From contig OZ316892.1 in assembly GCA_973895155.1 (NCBI GenBank), positions 27,179,233 through 27,243,232 of the forward strand: 64,000 bases of DNA, written 5' to 3'. This stretch comes from Marsupella aquatica (lineage: Eukaryota; Plantae; Marchantiophyta). The notes under the pieces are model-generated. The model searched no databases. It worked only from the letters and a program-made list of their open reading frames with translations, and had not been told where the DNA came from. Both the position numbers and the translations under genes were made by a program. Shown one piece after another: positions 12,785-25,145 of the stretch. Position 1 is the stretch's first letter. Every line of letters begins with the position of its first letter.

Positions 12785-13645
12785 ATGGCCACCTTGAGCG
12801 ACGTCTACCATGCTGTGATTGATGCAGAGACCCAAATTGTGGGCCCAATGCATGTCAGAGTCCTCAATTTTGTAGCTCGAAATCCTTTCCCAAGGAAGTT
12901 TACGTATTGTGGATCCACTGAGAGGACTCGGATTGGAATGTGTAAGGTGTCTATTGATGGGCCAAATCACAAGCACTGTCTTCATGATTCGGCGGAGAAT
13001 GGTAACTATGTTGATATGTTTCGCTTTGAGGTCATTGTGTCAGATGACACTTTACAGACAAATTTTGGGCAGCCTGCACTTCGTGCTTCAATTTGGGACT
13101 CAGCTGCTTCTCTATTGGACATCTCTGCCCCTACATTGGCAGCTATGGAACCCCATGATCAATTCCAACGAGTCCACGATTGTACAAAGGATTTACCTGT
13201 CTGCAATGTCACTTTTAGGCTGCAACGCGGAGTAGTTCACCTTCAAGAATTGCACATCATTTCCAACAATAGTGTGTTGCAGCATAGTCGTATTTGGCAG
13301 CCATCGCTGACGCCAAGGCGAGGTGCCCAATGGAGCCCTTCATCAAGGGTCCCTTCTCCCGCTCCAGTCCTGATTGCATCTGTTCATACCACTCCACCAA
13401 GGATCGTTGTCAATGTTGTCCCTAGCATTACACCATCGTCAAATTCCAAGGCTGGATCGCAATACAAGACAAGCACATCGCAGACAACTTTCACTTCAAC
13501 TTCTGAAGCTATTAGTGTAGTAGATGATGATTGTGCAAGTGAGAAATTAGAGGACGTCGGGAACATGGTGTCCGTAGTAAAGAGGCTAGCCAATGCCTTC
13601 AGTGCATCGCTAGACATGTACTCCTCTCGGGGCAACAAAGATTAG
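12785..13645 (+). CDS. Intronless RPA70 C-terminal-like OB-fold protein with Ser/Thr/Pro-rich tail (probably transposon-borne)
   Basis: 286-aa open ORF. FTYCG...MCKVSID....HCLH...MFRFEVIVSDDT...LRASIWDSAASLLDISAPTLAAM follows the Rep_fac-A_C pattern (FxYxAC..CxKKV..C..YxLxVxVxDxT..xFD.AExLLGxSA.EL) with a degenerate Zn ribbon. Confidence 0.6.
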   Translation: MATLSDVYHAVIDAETQIVGPMHVRVLNFVARNPFPRKFTYCGSTERTRIGMCKVSIDGPNHKHCLHDSAENGNYVDMFRFEVIVSDDTLQTNFGQPALRASIWDSAASLLDISAPTLAAMEPHDQFQRVHDCTKDLPVCNVTFRLQRGVVHLQELHIISNNSVLQHSRIWQPSLTPRRGAQWSPSSRVPSPAPVLIASVHTTPPRIVVNVVPSITPSSNSKAGSQYKTSTSQTTFTSTSEAISVVDDDCASEKLEDVGNMVSVVKRLANAFSASLDMYSSRGNKD

Positions 13646-14572
13646 AGTTTCCACTAAGATCTGTAGGGATATTGTAGTACCATATTTTGTCTGTGACGAT
13701 TGTTTTTAACTTTACTAGGACTGCCCACAATGTAAACAAGGCCGCTATTAATGCGTGCAGATGAATCCATACATTGAATTTCTTTTGGGCACTTTCCATC
13801 ATTTGAGTCTTGGAAGTCACTTTCTTGTTTCCGTCCATGTATCATGCATACTTTCCCGCACATGGTTCATTTACAAATACATATGCTCTCGTTTTTGGTT
13901 CTGTGAGATGATGGTTATTTGGTAAGAGGAGAAATGAAGGGAAATTTTTAAATTTTTGCCCCTTAAAGCACAACCTTCCATACCTTAAACCCATTTAGTC
14001 CATTATGAGTACTTAAAGGTACTAACAAATACTTCTGGAAGTTGCTATGGAAAAGAGTGGACGGTTCGAGAGGAGGAAATCCGGTTGAACCTCCCCGACT
14101 GATAAGGCTGGCTTCGACATCATTCAGACCCGGTCCTTTCCGGCAGAGGATGGCGCTACGGCGAACGGCTGAACCGTAAAACCACAAGTTCTAAAACGCT
14201 CCGCAACCACCTCGGAGATCAAAAGAGGTTGAACCGGTCTCTCTCTTTCCACAACTCTCAAGGCTGAACAAAGTAAGTCTTGAGCTCCCGAGTGGATAGA
14301 AAGTTAACGCGCTAGGGTGAGGAATCTCTTCCGTCTGGTTGAGGATCTTTGGTCCGGAGGAGAGGACCCTTCTAGTAATCTGTGAGTGCAAGGTATAAGA
14401 GAGATTTGACGGATTTGTGTGAGGTGGAAGCCTACTCCTACTCATGGAGGGAAGGTTGGGGAATTAGTTAGATTTTGTTCTTGGTAGAGGAAGCTTGTCA
14501 GTTAGGGATTGACGTTTGAACCGGCCGCTGCCTCGAACCGGCTACTGATTGTGTGAATCCGGTTGAGATGTC

Positions 14573-16269
14573 ATGAGGAATTTGAGAGCTCCACCCACGG
14601 AGAAAGCCAAAGCGAGCTCTACTCCCGTGAAGAGTGAAGTGAGGAGATCCAAGAGGAAAGATTTGTCGATCGCTCTGAAGCCCCTATGGCCTGAACTCCC
14701 AACCGGATCAGAAGAGAAAGAGAAATTGAGAGCCGATCTTGAGAAGATGGGATGTAGAAATCTGTCACTCCTGACTTGGGCATGGCAGAGCGAGGACGTG
14801 CTTCGTGAACTACTCACCGGTGAGATTCCTAGCGAATTCACCAATACCATCAGAGCCCAACCAAAGCTGTGGACGAAGGAAGTGGTTGGCAAAGCTCTTG
14901 GTGTGAGCACCGATGGCACTGGTCTGCTCCCTAGAGGAGAGAACCTCACTTCTGATTATTTCACTGGGAAGATGGATACCAAGGAAGGTTGGACTCTCAA
15001 CCAGTGTGTACACGATGACTTACGAAGAGTGCTCGCTTTCTTAGTTCCCCTGTTGCATCCTGAGAAGCCCAAACGTGTCACACAAAGAATTGGAAGTACT
15101 GCCATCGCTTCTCTCTTCAAAGGGAAGGCCAATTCCTGGGCTACTATCTTTGTGGAGATTCTTTAGAAGCTAGTAACCAGTTTGTCTGGGAAGTCTGCCA
15201 ATCCTCTGTCTTCCTACTTGGTCCACCTCTACGCCCATGTGGGAGTCTTGTTCAAACAAGAAAAGAATCTCTTGGGAACCAAGAATAGCTATGTTCTTTA
15301 TGGAGTGCCTGATCCGGAGTCCATCAAGTTGGAGGACTCTGAAGAGGATGAGGAGGAGCCAGTGATACAAATTGTTGAACCGGCAAAGCGCCAAAAGCTT
15401 ATTTTAGGAGGAAATCCGGTTCAACCGGCCAGCGCTTCCACTCCCACTTCCGGTTCGCTTTCAGAGTCTTCTCAGAGCCATTTTTTGTTGATCCAACGGG
15501 AGATAGAAGCAGTGCAAGTGAAGATGGGAATCATGGAGAAGAATCTGTCCAAGATGGCCCGAATAGCAGGTGTGCCAGTTTCAGACCTGATATCCCATTT
15601 CGAGCAAGTGATTGAATCAGCCGGCAACAAGGAGAAGGTGGAGAGAATGGAAAAGAACCTCAAGGAGAAGTCTAATAGACTCAGAGATTGTGAAGACCAG
15701 CTGAAGGAGAGAAGACAGAGGAGTAAAAGGAGGAAGAAGCCATTGAGAGTCTGGAAGATTTGGTGGATTGTTTAGACCCTTTCCTGAACACCAGAGGTAG
15801 AGATTTGGTTCAGACAGAACTCTTTCGAGAGTACTTTGTAAAAGTACCCAACCCTACTTGCCTTGCCACTGTCATTAAGATCTCTCAGGACTATGGAGAT
15901 AAGCTTGAAGATTATTTGGCTACCATGAAGGAGATTTTAGAGTAGATAAAGACTCTACAACAAGTATGGTTCAAGGATGATGAAGAACCAAGAGAGTACA
16001 GCTCACCATCTCCATGATCTGAACCTCCCATTACCCTTGATACTTCTGCTCCTGATTTCACTTCTTCCACAGGAACTTTACCGGGTTCTACCCCTCGGAC
16101 TTCCCACTTGACCTCTTTGATGAATCAGTTTACTTCAAAGCCGATCCTCCCTGGAAACATAATGACAACCGCCTCAGGTATAGCTTATGTCCTGGAGCCT
16201 CTTCAGAGCCAAGTTCCTCCCCCGAATGTCGTTCCTAAGATTTCTGAAGGAACTGAAGCCGCGACTTAA
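14573..16269 (+). pseudogene. Decayed retrotransposon accessory ORF (PEKPxRVT...WA.IF...L..YL.HLY family plus coiled coil)
   Basis: ORFs 14573-15166 and 15182-15775 are in one frame, separated by a TAG; further frameshift and stops follow. The motif LRRVLAFLVPLLHPEKPKRVT resembles accessory ORFs I associate with bryophyte LTR elements. TATA- and polyA-like signals follow at 16500-16610. Confidence 0.55.
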
Positions 16270-16739
16270 CTAATAAATGGTTAAACCGGAAACCTCTTTA
16301 GTTACTAGCCGGTTGAACCGGAATCAGGCTTTTGTCACTCATATCTACTGTAGTTTTGAATAATTTTGTATGACATGAAGATATGATACTCTTACCTTTA
16401 CCTAGTATAAGATAGTCTAGTTTGATAAGATTTATTTACCTTTTGATATTATGAAAATGCATGTCTTTTCATAAGTGTTTTCTCAAGGGGATCTCTCTTC
16501 TATATAAGAGAGAGAGTTTCCTCCTTGAACCTTAGACTTAGGCTTAATATGATTTTCATGAAATTATCTTTCAACGTTAAGTCTCCTTCTCTTTGAAGTA
16601 ATAAATCAATGAGAAGTATACTCTAGTTTTTGGTCATCTATGGTTTGTGATTCAACATTAGTGTGCGATTATCCTTTACTGGAAAAAGCTGTTTGATGTG
16701 ACTAGTAATGCTGGGTTGACCCGTAGGTTGACTAGAAAT

Positions 16740-16950
16740 GTATGCATGAGATCATGCAAAAGCCTATTGATTCGTGTTGACTATAGAGCTCTTGTATTCA
16801 ATGAGGAGCTGATACAAATTCACCACTAGAATTCCATAAATTGCATAGATCCAAAAGAGCAATCTGATGGATTGACTAAAAGAATAAATTGACCATTCGG
16901 AGTGATTAGTACTACCTTGCTTTGACATAGGTCAGAAAATCAATACGGGC
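16740..16950 (+). pseudogene. Highly degraded Gypsy pol scraps
   Basis: Traces of RT (IRVDYRAL) and integrase core (QSDGLTKRIN). Confidence 0.35.
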
Positions 16951-17533
16951 TATCTTATGCTAATCTTTAATTTATAAATTTCTAAGATGGCTGGTTTGAA
17001 GAGGACATGTAGGCATCAGTTTTACATGAGTTTTGACACCGATGATTCTTAATGTACTACCGCTGGCCATAAGTTGTTATGTAGTGATAGGGTGTATTTC
17101 CATCTATAACTCGCTTTCTATCAGTTTTCACGCCGCTGGCTTTTGGTTTTGTTTAGTTCTTTTAATCTTTTGATTGCACTATGGATGATACAAATGTCAT
17201 ACCTTTCATGGAAGTATCATAGAATTCCTTCCATAAACCTAAACATGTTAATAAGGCTTGTAACCTGAGTTTGTTACTCAAAAGTACTCAAAGTATCGTA
17301 ACACAATCTTTTAGGTCTCACAAACTCTTAACGGGAACAAATCTAGGCTATTAAAGAGAAGAATAGTTACTCTTACTCTAAACCCTACTCTACAAGTTCA
17401 ATCCTAACCTGGTTTCATGAGTGACGCGGGATAAGGACAGTGGTATCTTTGACCGGGCCCCGTGCAGACTGATACACGTGGGTCTACTTACAACAGGATC
17501 AACGTTTCATATACGCCATTTTTGCAAAATCTT

Positions 17534-20309
17534 ATGGCTAGAACTAAAAAGCAGGTACTAAGCCAGATTAGGGTAATGCCATAGCTGATTCCCATTGTGT
17601 TCTATGTTGTTTGTATGAAGTCGCGTATCTTGTCCACAACTAAGAAGCTTGTCTTAAACCAGATTAGGGTAATATCATAGTTGAGCTGCATTATTTTATG
17701 CGTTCTTTCTTTCAAGTCCAATATGAAGTGCGACTTATAGCACAACCTCACTATTTGATGCGTGTCATTCGCTGCAGCTTCAACTCTCTCAAGGAAGTTT
17801 TCTAAAGGGGGATGATGGCACTGCAGAGCCGTCATAGTGTCATGACGGCGATGGCAGGGCAAAACCGCCCATGACCAGGCGCACATTGCAGCAAAAGAAA
17901 CTTGGTTTGTCATTGAAGGAGCTCGACATAGAGTCAGACCTTGATGAATTGAATGAGGCACCAAGAAGGCTATCGGGTCATGTGCCTGTAAATTTACCGC
18001 CCCCAAAGTCGACCACAAACTTTGGTAAGTTACCTCCTCGGCGGGTGACACGACAAACAATGTCAAAGGATGCACATATTCAAGAGCATCTTTGGGTTAC
18101 GAGGTCAAGACTCCCAACCGCAAGAGCTAAGAAGGTCCGAAGAAATAAACCTGCAAAGGAGTCTGCAAGTGAGGGCTCTCAGGAAGGCTCTGATAGTGAT
18201 GAAATTCATGCAGCACCCCGTAAGAGAGTAATTAGTTCTAGCAGTGATAGCTCTGAAGATGCTTCCAATAGCAATTCAAAGGATGAAGCACCTCCAAAAC
18301 AAACTGCATTCAGAGTTAACGCACAAAAGGTGAGGGTCACATTCAATGTAACTACGTTCATTTTGCCATCATTTGTTTTCAATATATATGCTCAATCCTA
18401 GCCACTACCCGTTGAACGCAGGCAATAGCAGTTCAGTCCAAACATGGCACTACAACAAAGGGAGATCATTATACATTGTACGCCAATGCAGTGGTGTGCA
18501 AGGTTGCACCTTGCAAAAACCGAGTCTTCAAAACCGAGAGAACTTTTGGAAACCATGTCTTCAAACAACATGGTCTAATTTTGTCCGGGACTTCGGTATC
18601 CCTATATGCCTTGGATAGTGATGATGAGCAGAGACGGCAATAGTATAATGCAAGGAGGAGGAAGCAGCCAGGTGAAGTTGTTTGTGATTCCTACTATGAA
18701 GCCAAGGGTTCCATGCGAGCTAGATGGAGTCAAGCCAAGTACATAATGAGGTAAATTTGCACTCAAGCAATTCAATTAAGGAAATTCCTATGTGCAAGTA
18801 TCCATGTACTACTCATTCTGTACTCACATGCGCTTGATATGTCACATGCAGGGCATGTATATTCAAACAGTTGGTCACAAAATTTGAACAGAACTAATTC
18901 GCACATCCCCATCCAATTGTGGGAGAAGAAGGCCTATTCCTTGTTGTATTCAAGTTTGTGATGCCCGGTCTTGGTTATCATCCATGGAACAGCCTTCTCA
19001 AGGCGACAGATTTCAAGAAATTGCTATGTCTAATCTCTTCCTGCCCTTCTACTTCCGTTGTTGGTTCATGGACTCACAAATTGTCGCAGGAAATTGAAGA
19101 AAGTTCTCATTCGCATTTGGAGAGTGACAACCTTCATGCCTTAAAATCCTCTATTGTTGTGCTTGGCACAATATTCAATGCCACTGTCACTCCGACTAAC
19201 TCTGAGCACTTAAGGCATGCATTGCTCCTGCACAGAGAGAATATTTGTAGGATGCAGTTTCATGGCTTACAAAGAAGAGAGAGGCCATCATGTGGGAGAA
19301 CAACCACGGCTGGAGTGTGTATATGAGAACAAGGCAGAGCAGGAGTACCAAGCATGGAAACATAAAGCAAAACCCAATAGCTATGCCACGACTCTACCTA
19401 ATCTAGTCACTGCATACATGGCACTCATGGGTTGCAGCGAGGCAGAGGCCAAACAACAAGTAAGTACAAATGTTCTCAATTTAGTTTGATGCATGTATGA
19501 TGTTTGTGTATGTGTTCATACCTTTTGTGCTTTTTGTGTTGCAGCCCCTTAATCGTTTGTATAGGTTGTTTAATTCTATTTATTGCTTGTACATGTCCAG
19601 GCCGCAACGGATAGTGTTTGGATTGACACTTCAGATGATGGTGCTGTGCCTAAGGAGCGGAGAACAAAGCCATTACCCAAAGTCAAGAGGAAATTTGTCT
19701 CATTGACCAAATTGGTTTAACGGAAGAAGTCATTTCAGCAGAGACCAACAAATGTGGTGCCCAATTCTGGCAAACCTGTATCACCGGCAGCTATTCCTAT
19801 GTGCAGTAATGATTTTGTGGATGTAACAAAGGAGACGCCCACTTCTCACAAACCTGTTCAATCTAAAAGTCTTCCTATTTTTGATGAATGTGATGTCCAG
19901 TGGCAACTCCCAGATGACCCTGCAACAAAATTGTTTATGCAGACGCTTGATGAATAGGAGCGCGAGCGAGCAGAGTACTACCAAAGGAAGAAACATCAGC
20001 CTATATCTCCCGCACCAGATGACATCGTATCTGCAAGCACGGAAGATGAATTCGCAGTAGAAGAAGCAGACAATTGTGTCAAACTCGGAGGAAGTGCAAG
20101 CGCCAGACCCACCTCCCACTTTAACAAGTGTAGATGATCTTACTTCAACACAAGTGTTGTGTGGGCATGGATCATTTGCAGGAATAACCTTGTCACAATA
20201 TAGTACTCCCCTCCCAGATGATACCGAAAGCAATGGGTCTCTATCCAAGAGGGCACAGCCGCAATTGTGGTCAATTGACACCGATGGTAGTCACATTGGA
20301 TTTGCGTGA
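17534..20309 (+). pseudogene. Decayed multi-exon gene of unknown function with MARTKKQ micro-exon and C2H2-like zinc finger
   Basis: Exon 17534-17554 (MARTKKQ|GT) splices in frame to 17778 and ORF 17871. Exon 18422 encodes CKVAPCKNRVFKTERTFGNHVFKQH (C-x4-C-x13-H-x4-H). Several in-frame TAG/TAA stops are consistent with CAG/CAA transitions. Confidence 0.55.
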
Positions 20310-20729
20310 GCCATTGGCAGATGATCAGCTGAATGACAACTATAACTTATCTTCCCTAGTCAATATTTTTCTAGAATCGATACATTTATTAGTTTTGTAC
20401 ACTAAATAACTAATTAATATAAATTGTACACAAAACAAAAAAATTCAATTAAAAAAAGCATTCCTTTCAAGAGTACCGAAGCTTTTGTTATTTTGTCCTT
20501 GATCTCATCGTGCTTAATTGTGTTTTGATTCGCATTCACCAGCGGACATAGATATTGCAATTGCATGAACTTCAGTGGCGACAACGCTTCTACCGAGACC
20601 CCCAGGTCCTGATTTTCTAATTATAAGATACTATAACAATGACTATCCGGCAATGTGAAGTTTAGCCGGTGAAATTTGATTCCACTCTGCAACATCTCCA
20701 CTCCTTCATTGCACTAGTGGAAAATAGTG

Positions 20730-21350
20730 TCCTTAATGACTAGAATGAGGACTGAAAAATGAGTCATATGTACCAATATATGACTAGAGCTTTTTTGTCA
20801 TACCTGCCTCGTCTTTTAGGACAGTCAATTAAGACAAATGACTAAAACTCTCACCAGTCATTTATGGTAGTCCTAAATGACACAATATTTCTGAAATGAC
20901 ATGTTATCCTAAATGACTGAATGAACGGCCGTCAGTCATTTAGGCATGTCTTTAATGACACATATTTAAACAAATCATATTACAACACATGGCAACTACG
21001 CACGGTTGTCATTATATGTCATTTCAGACATGTCATAAATGACACAATAATAAATCATTTAAGGTGTCATTTAGTGTGTCATTGAAGGTGTTGTACATGG
21101 TGTCATTAAAAATGTCATACAAGGTGTCATACAAGGTGTCATTGAGAGTGTCATATAAGGTGTCATTGAGAGTCATTGAGGGTGTCATACAAGGTGTCAT
21201 TGAGGGTGTCATACATAGTATCATATAGGGTGCCATACAGGATGTCATATAGGGTGTCATTGAGGGTGTCATACAAGGTGTTATTGAGGGTGTCATACAT
21301 GGTATCATTGAGGGTGTCATACAGGGTGTTTTTAAGTAATGTCATTTGGA
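20730..21350. repeat. CACTA subterminal repeats, including a 12-bp tandem array (GTGTCATACAAG/GTGTCATTGAGG) at ~21060-21330
   Basis: Directly visible periodicity next to the CACTA terminus. Confidence 0.85.
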
Positions 21351-21436
21351 ATGTATCTAAGAAGAGCTCATAGTTATATTCAAAATCACATACAATGAAT
21401 CCACTTAAAACCCTAAACAAAGACATCACTTTGTGC

Positions 21437-21580
21437 ATCATCATTGTATTCAGAAATTCACACTCCAACATTCACAAGCTCTAATATAGAATAATTGAAA
21501 AAACAGAAATCATCATTGTATTCAGAAATTCATATTCCAACATTCACAAGCTCTAGTATAGAACAATTGAAAAAACAGAA
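21437..21580. repeat. Tandem duplication, 72-bp unit x2
   Basis: ATCATCATTGTATTCAGAAATTCA...GAAAAAACAGAA at 21437 and 21509. Confidence 0.9.
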
Positions 21581-21675
21581 GTCTTTATGATGAAGTGATA
21601 GAAAGTACACATTTTTCACTCGCATGAGTGAAACAATGGTAACCAAAATATTCAAAAATTCTTTGTTCTACATGA

Positions 21676-24123
21676 TCAGAGAAAATGTTCAACACTTCCC
21701 AAGAAACCTAGCATTCCACAATGTACATTCATTCCTAACACATTCCGTAAACAGAGTTGTTTCTCTTCTTTGTTGGGCATTGGCAATGCTGCATCACCAC
21801 AATACACTGCCTTAACTGATACTCGCACCCAAGGACTCTCAATCATGACACAATGAAATTTATCCTCTCCTGGTAACCCTGTCACTTCACCTCTAGCAAC
21901 AACTGTAGAGCGATCCACAACGCTTCGTACTTCTACAGCATCTCCTTTTGAAAACTGCCACACAAAATTGTTAGGACAAAATACTGTCTTGTAGTACTGA
22001 TTTGGGCATATCATCAATTTAAGAACATAAGCCAACTGAAAACAAATTCACCTTTGCTACTGGATTTGGGGAGAGAACTGGTCCTCATTCACTAGGTGAG
22101 ATAGTGATAGGGGTTGATTTCTTGAATCTCTTTGAAGGCCTAGGTGGTGTAGCCTCTTGTTCCTGAATTGCATTTGACACTATCTGTTCATCTGTGACAG
22201 CAATCTCATCACTCTCACCATTACCAATGCTCCTTTGTACAACGCAAGGTTCCTGCAGTGCTCCCAAATTTGCTTCTCCCATACTTGGCTTTGGCTTCTG
22301 CCTTGTTAAAGTATCTGATTTCTCTCGTTGTGATACAGGATTCTCCCCTGAAGAAGGTACCACAAAACCAAACAATGAATGCTTAAAAAACTTCATTCTA
22401 AATTGAAAAATAAACTATTGCATATGTAATATGTTTAGAGTATAAGTTTGTATGTTCTTACCATCACCATCACCTGAGAAAGTAAGAGAACGTTTTCTAC
22501 TACTACCTTTAGGCTCAACCACCACCTTAGTAGCAATTGCATTTGATAATTGCATATGAAACTGATTCTGTTGATTTTGTGCAATGAAAGAGGTCATCAT
22601 AGATGTCAAATTGTCCACTTTGAACTCAAGCTTGGTTAAATTCTCCATAGACTGTTCAAGCTTGAGTAATCGAGCTGGTTCCTCAATTGTAGTTTCCCTG
22701 GACAATGGAGTCTACATACACAAACACACCATACAATGTCAATCATCAATGATAATTTGAACATCATGGATAACTGATAATCAAAATTGAATATATACAC
22801 AGGTTTTCATTACATACCGCTGATCCATGTGCAGACTGATCCAATTCCAACAAAACTACTGCCTCGATGTTCACCACTGCCCATAGATGGACTAATCTGC
22901 ACTGGGGGGACTGGACTACTAGACACAAGTTTTGATATAATAGGGCTCATCATTCCTTTTGCTTTCTGGAAACACATAATCACATTCAAAGCAATTAGAA
23001 TATTAATGAGAACTCATCATGTCATTGTTTATTCCTATACTAGATAAACACTTCAATTCAAATGACAATCTAGACCTGCAGTGAGATGGACCATCTGAAG
23101 ATTCTTACCAATCTTTTTTCTGCTCCAGCAGCCCCTCCTCTTCCAAAATGCTCTTTGTTCACCACTTCTGCCCTCCTTGCTTTCATCACAGCACTCCTTG
23201 CAAGCAAAGCAGGACTATCAAAATGATCCACCAGTCGTGCCCATTTCAATGGGTCAACATATTGAGGTCTTGGTTTGGAGCGATCACGTTTACATACATC
23301 CTTCCAATAAATATTTAGTTTGTGACGTTCTCTTTTCAATAACGTCCGATAGTGACTAATAAATTTCTTGTCAGACACTGACTGCTTATCTAGATACTCC
23401 CAATCTGCCTCCATCAATTTCTGCACATCCTCAATTATGTTTGGATCTTGTTTGTTCCAATCAGGTTCTGATACATCAAAAAGCCTCAAGACATTGGCAC
23501 GTAGCTCCTCCATCCAATATGGTTTATTAGGATGAGAATCATCAATATCATTGTCATGAATCTGAAAAAAACACCACAAATGATAGTCATCAACATTGGG
23601 AATGAAACAAACACCCAATTGTTTCTGAGTACACGAATTATAGGCCACAATATGATATGTGCAATGAAAATCTTACCGTTATCAATTTTCCCTTCTTATT
23701 GTCAGCCCTTCTTGCACTACCGGTTCTCTGAAATTGTTTCTTGGCTTGCCTAGATTCCCTATGTTGCTCTGTTGCAGTCTTTCTTCCCTCTACATACACA
23801 ATGAGCATCCAATATTGATCATCCACAATTGCAAAATGAGGGACAAGAAATATTACAATATAATACCTAGGAGGCTTCATTGAAATTGACTTACCTGAAT
23901 CCTGACTGGATGTCATTACTGCAGAGTACCCAGATTTTCCAATCGATGTTGATGGAACCACCACTATACACATGCAAACCACTGAAGTTTTGAGTCCAAC
24001 ATTCATATAGATCAACATTGAAAAATACATTGAAAATCTTTGAAATTACTTACATTCAAATAGCTGGCCAGTCACAGGGTCTTTGTAACATTGCACCATG
24101 CCACTCATGGAAGGTCCAACCTT
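21676..24123 (-). pseudogene. TnpA/TNP1-like CACTA accessory gene of element A (5'-truncated, frameshifted last exon)
   Basis: Exon 23070-23560 KRERHKL..W..PRPQYVDPLKWARLVDHF..RS..MKARR..HFGRGG is Transposase_24-like. Last exon VVARGEV..KFHCVMI..VRVSV..AALPMP is Transposase_23-like. Both are homologous to the element B TnpA. Confidence 0.75.
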
Positions 24124-24990
24124 CACTAGTAGAAACCGGGGCAATTTAGACCATACCTTATAGGACTATGCCCACTAAGTCCTTTTTCCATACTTAAAAT
24201 GACTCGCACCCATTGCACCGGTTTTGTTGAAGACTAGAAAAGACTATGAGAGTTTTATGGTTCACTAAAAGACTATGAGAAGTAACCTTGCTACTTTGTG
24301 AAGGGTGAATAGTCTAGCACATCATGGGTAATGTTCACTCTATGTTGAGGAGGGGTAATTCTCCTTCATCTTTGAGCCGAAAGCACCGACGTCTATCGAG
24401 TGCCAAAGAACTGCTGGAGATCGAGCGAATTCACACTCTCAAATGTGGGTCGTGTCAAATTGTTTCCTCCATTGATGGCAGCCTTCTGTGAGATTGATTT
24501 ATACTGTGTGGCTATCTGGGAGTTTTGTTGACTCATTTGACACCGATACTCCCGTGATTTCCTCATACATAGTGCCACTGCCCCCCCGCATTGTGTTCAA
24601 TCCCTATAGCTTATAGCTGCACCACTCTTGGTGGCCCTTGCTCATGCCTTGGTTTTTTTTTCTTTTTCCCATTACAGTATACACCCCCTTCTTACTAATC
24701 AGGTGGATTAATTTAGTACTAGACAATGCTTTGACACTTTACACTTACACTATGCTGACCTACTGCGCCTTCTAGTGCTTATTCCCTGTTTTACATGTCA
24801 CGACTATTGTATGTGATTCAAATGCATGAAATGTTGTTGCAGATCTCCTTTGGTGAATCATAGCCACAATTAAAATTGAGGTGTTGGTGGAGAAATTGTA
24901 TTAGGGGATCAGTTTTGTGTGTGGGCTCAACATACCAAAAGTATGTGTGCTCTGCATCCTTGTGTGGCCATTCCAATTCATTGCAGTAGC

Positions 24991-25134
24991 AAATGCCTTT
25001 GTACCTTAAATGCTAAATATATTTTACTTTCTGTGCAGTCTGCTAAATTGTAGAGTCTATCTAAATGCCTTTGTACCTTAAATGCTAAATATATTTTACT
25101 TTCTGTGCAGTCTGCTAAATTGTAGAGTCTATCT
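24991..25134. repeat. Perfect tandem duplication, 72-bp unit x2, just upstream of the PHD ORF
   Basis: AAATGCCTTTGTACC...GAGTCTATCT at 24991 and 25063; each unit contains an acceptor-like TTTCTGTGCAG. Confidence 0.95.
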
Positions 25135-25145
25135 CATGCGCAGGC

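Larger units (their letters stand above)
20712..24123 (-). mobile_element. CACTA (En/Spm) element A, truncated: one terminus plus 3' part of a TnpA-like gene
   Basis: CACTAGTGGAAAA terminus at 20712, dense GTCAT/ATGAC subterminal motifs, and TnpA-like exons on the minus strand, cut off at 24124 by element B. Confidence 0.8.

Noticed and set aside
17259-17495. Possible solo LTR (TGTAA...TTACA)
   Set aside because: No matching TSD and no second copy in the window.
17534-18401. Histone H3 or CENH3 gene
   Set aside because: Only the first residues match; no histone-fold domain was found in downstream exons.
12785-20700. Helitron call based on the RPA-like ORF
   Set aside because: No Rep/helicase motifs and no confident TC / hairpin-CTRR termini found.
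21033-21471. Periodic ORFs (MTPSMTPC..., DTLYDTLN...) and a possible CRISPR-like array
   Set aside because: A 12-bp tandem repeat with no unique spacers, adjacent to a CACTA terminus; the ORFs are artefacts of the periodicity.
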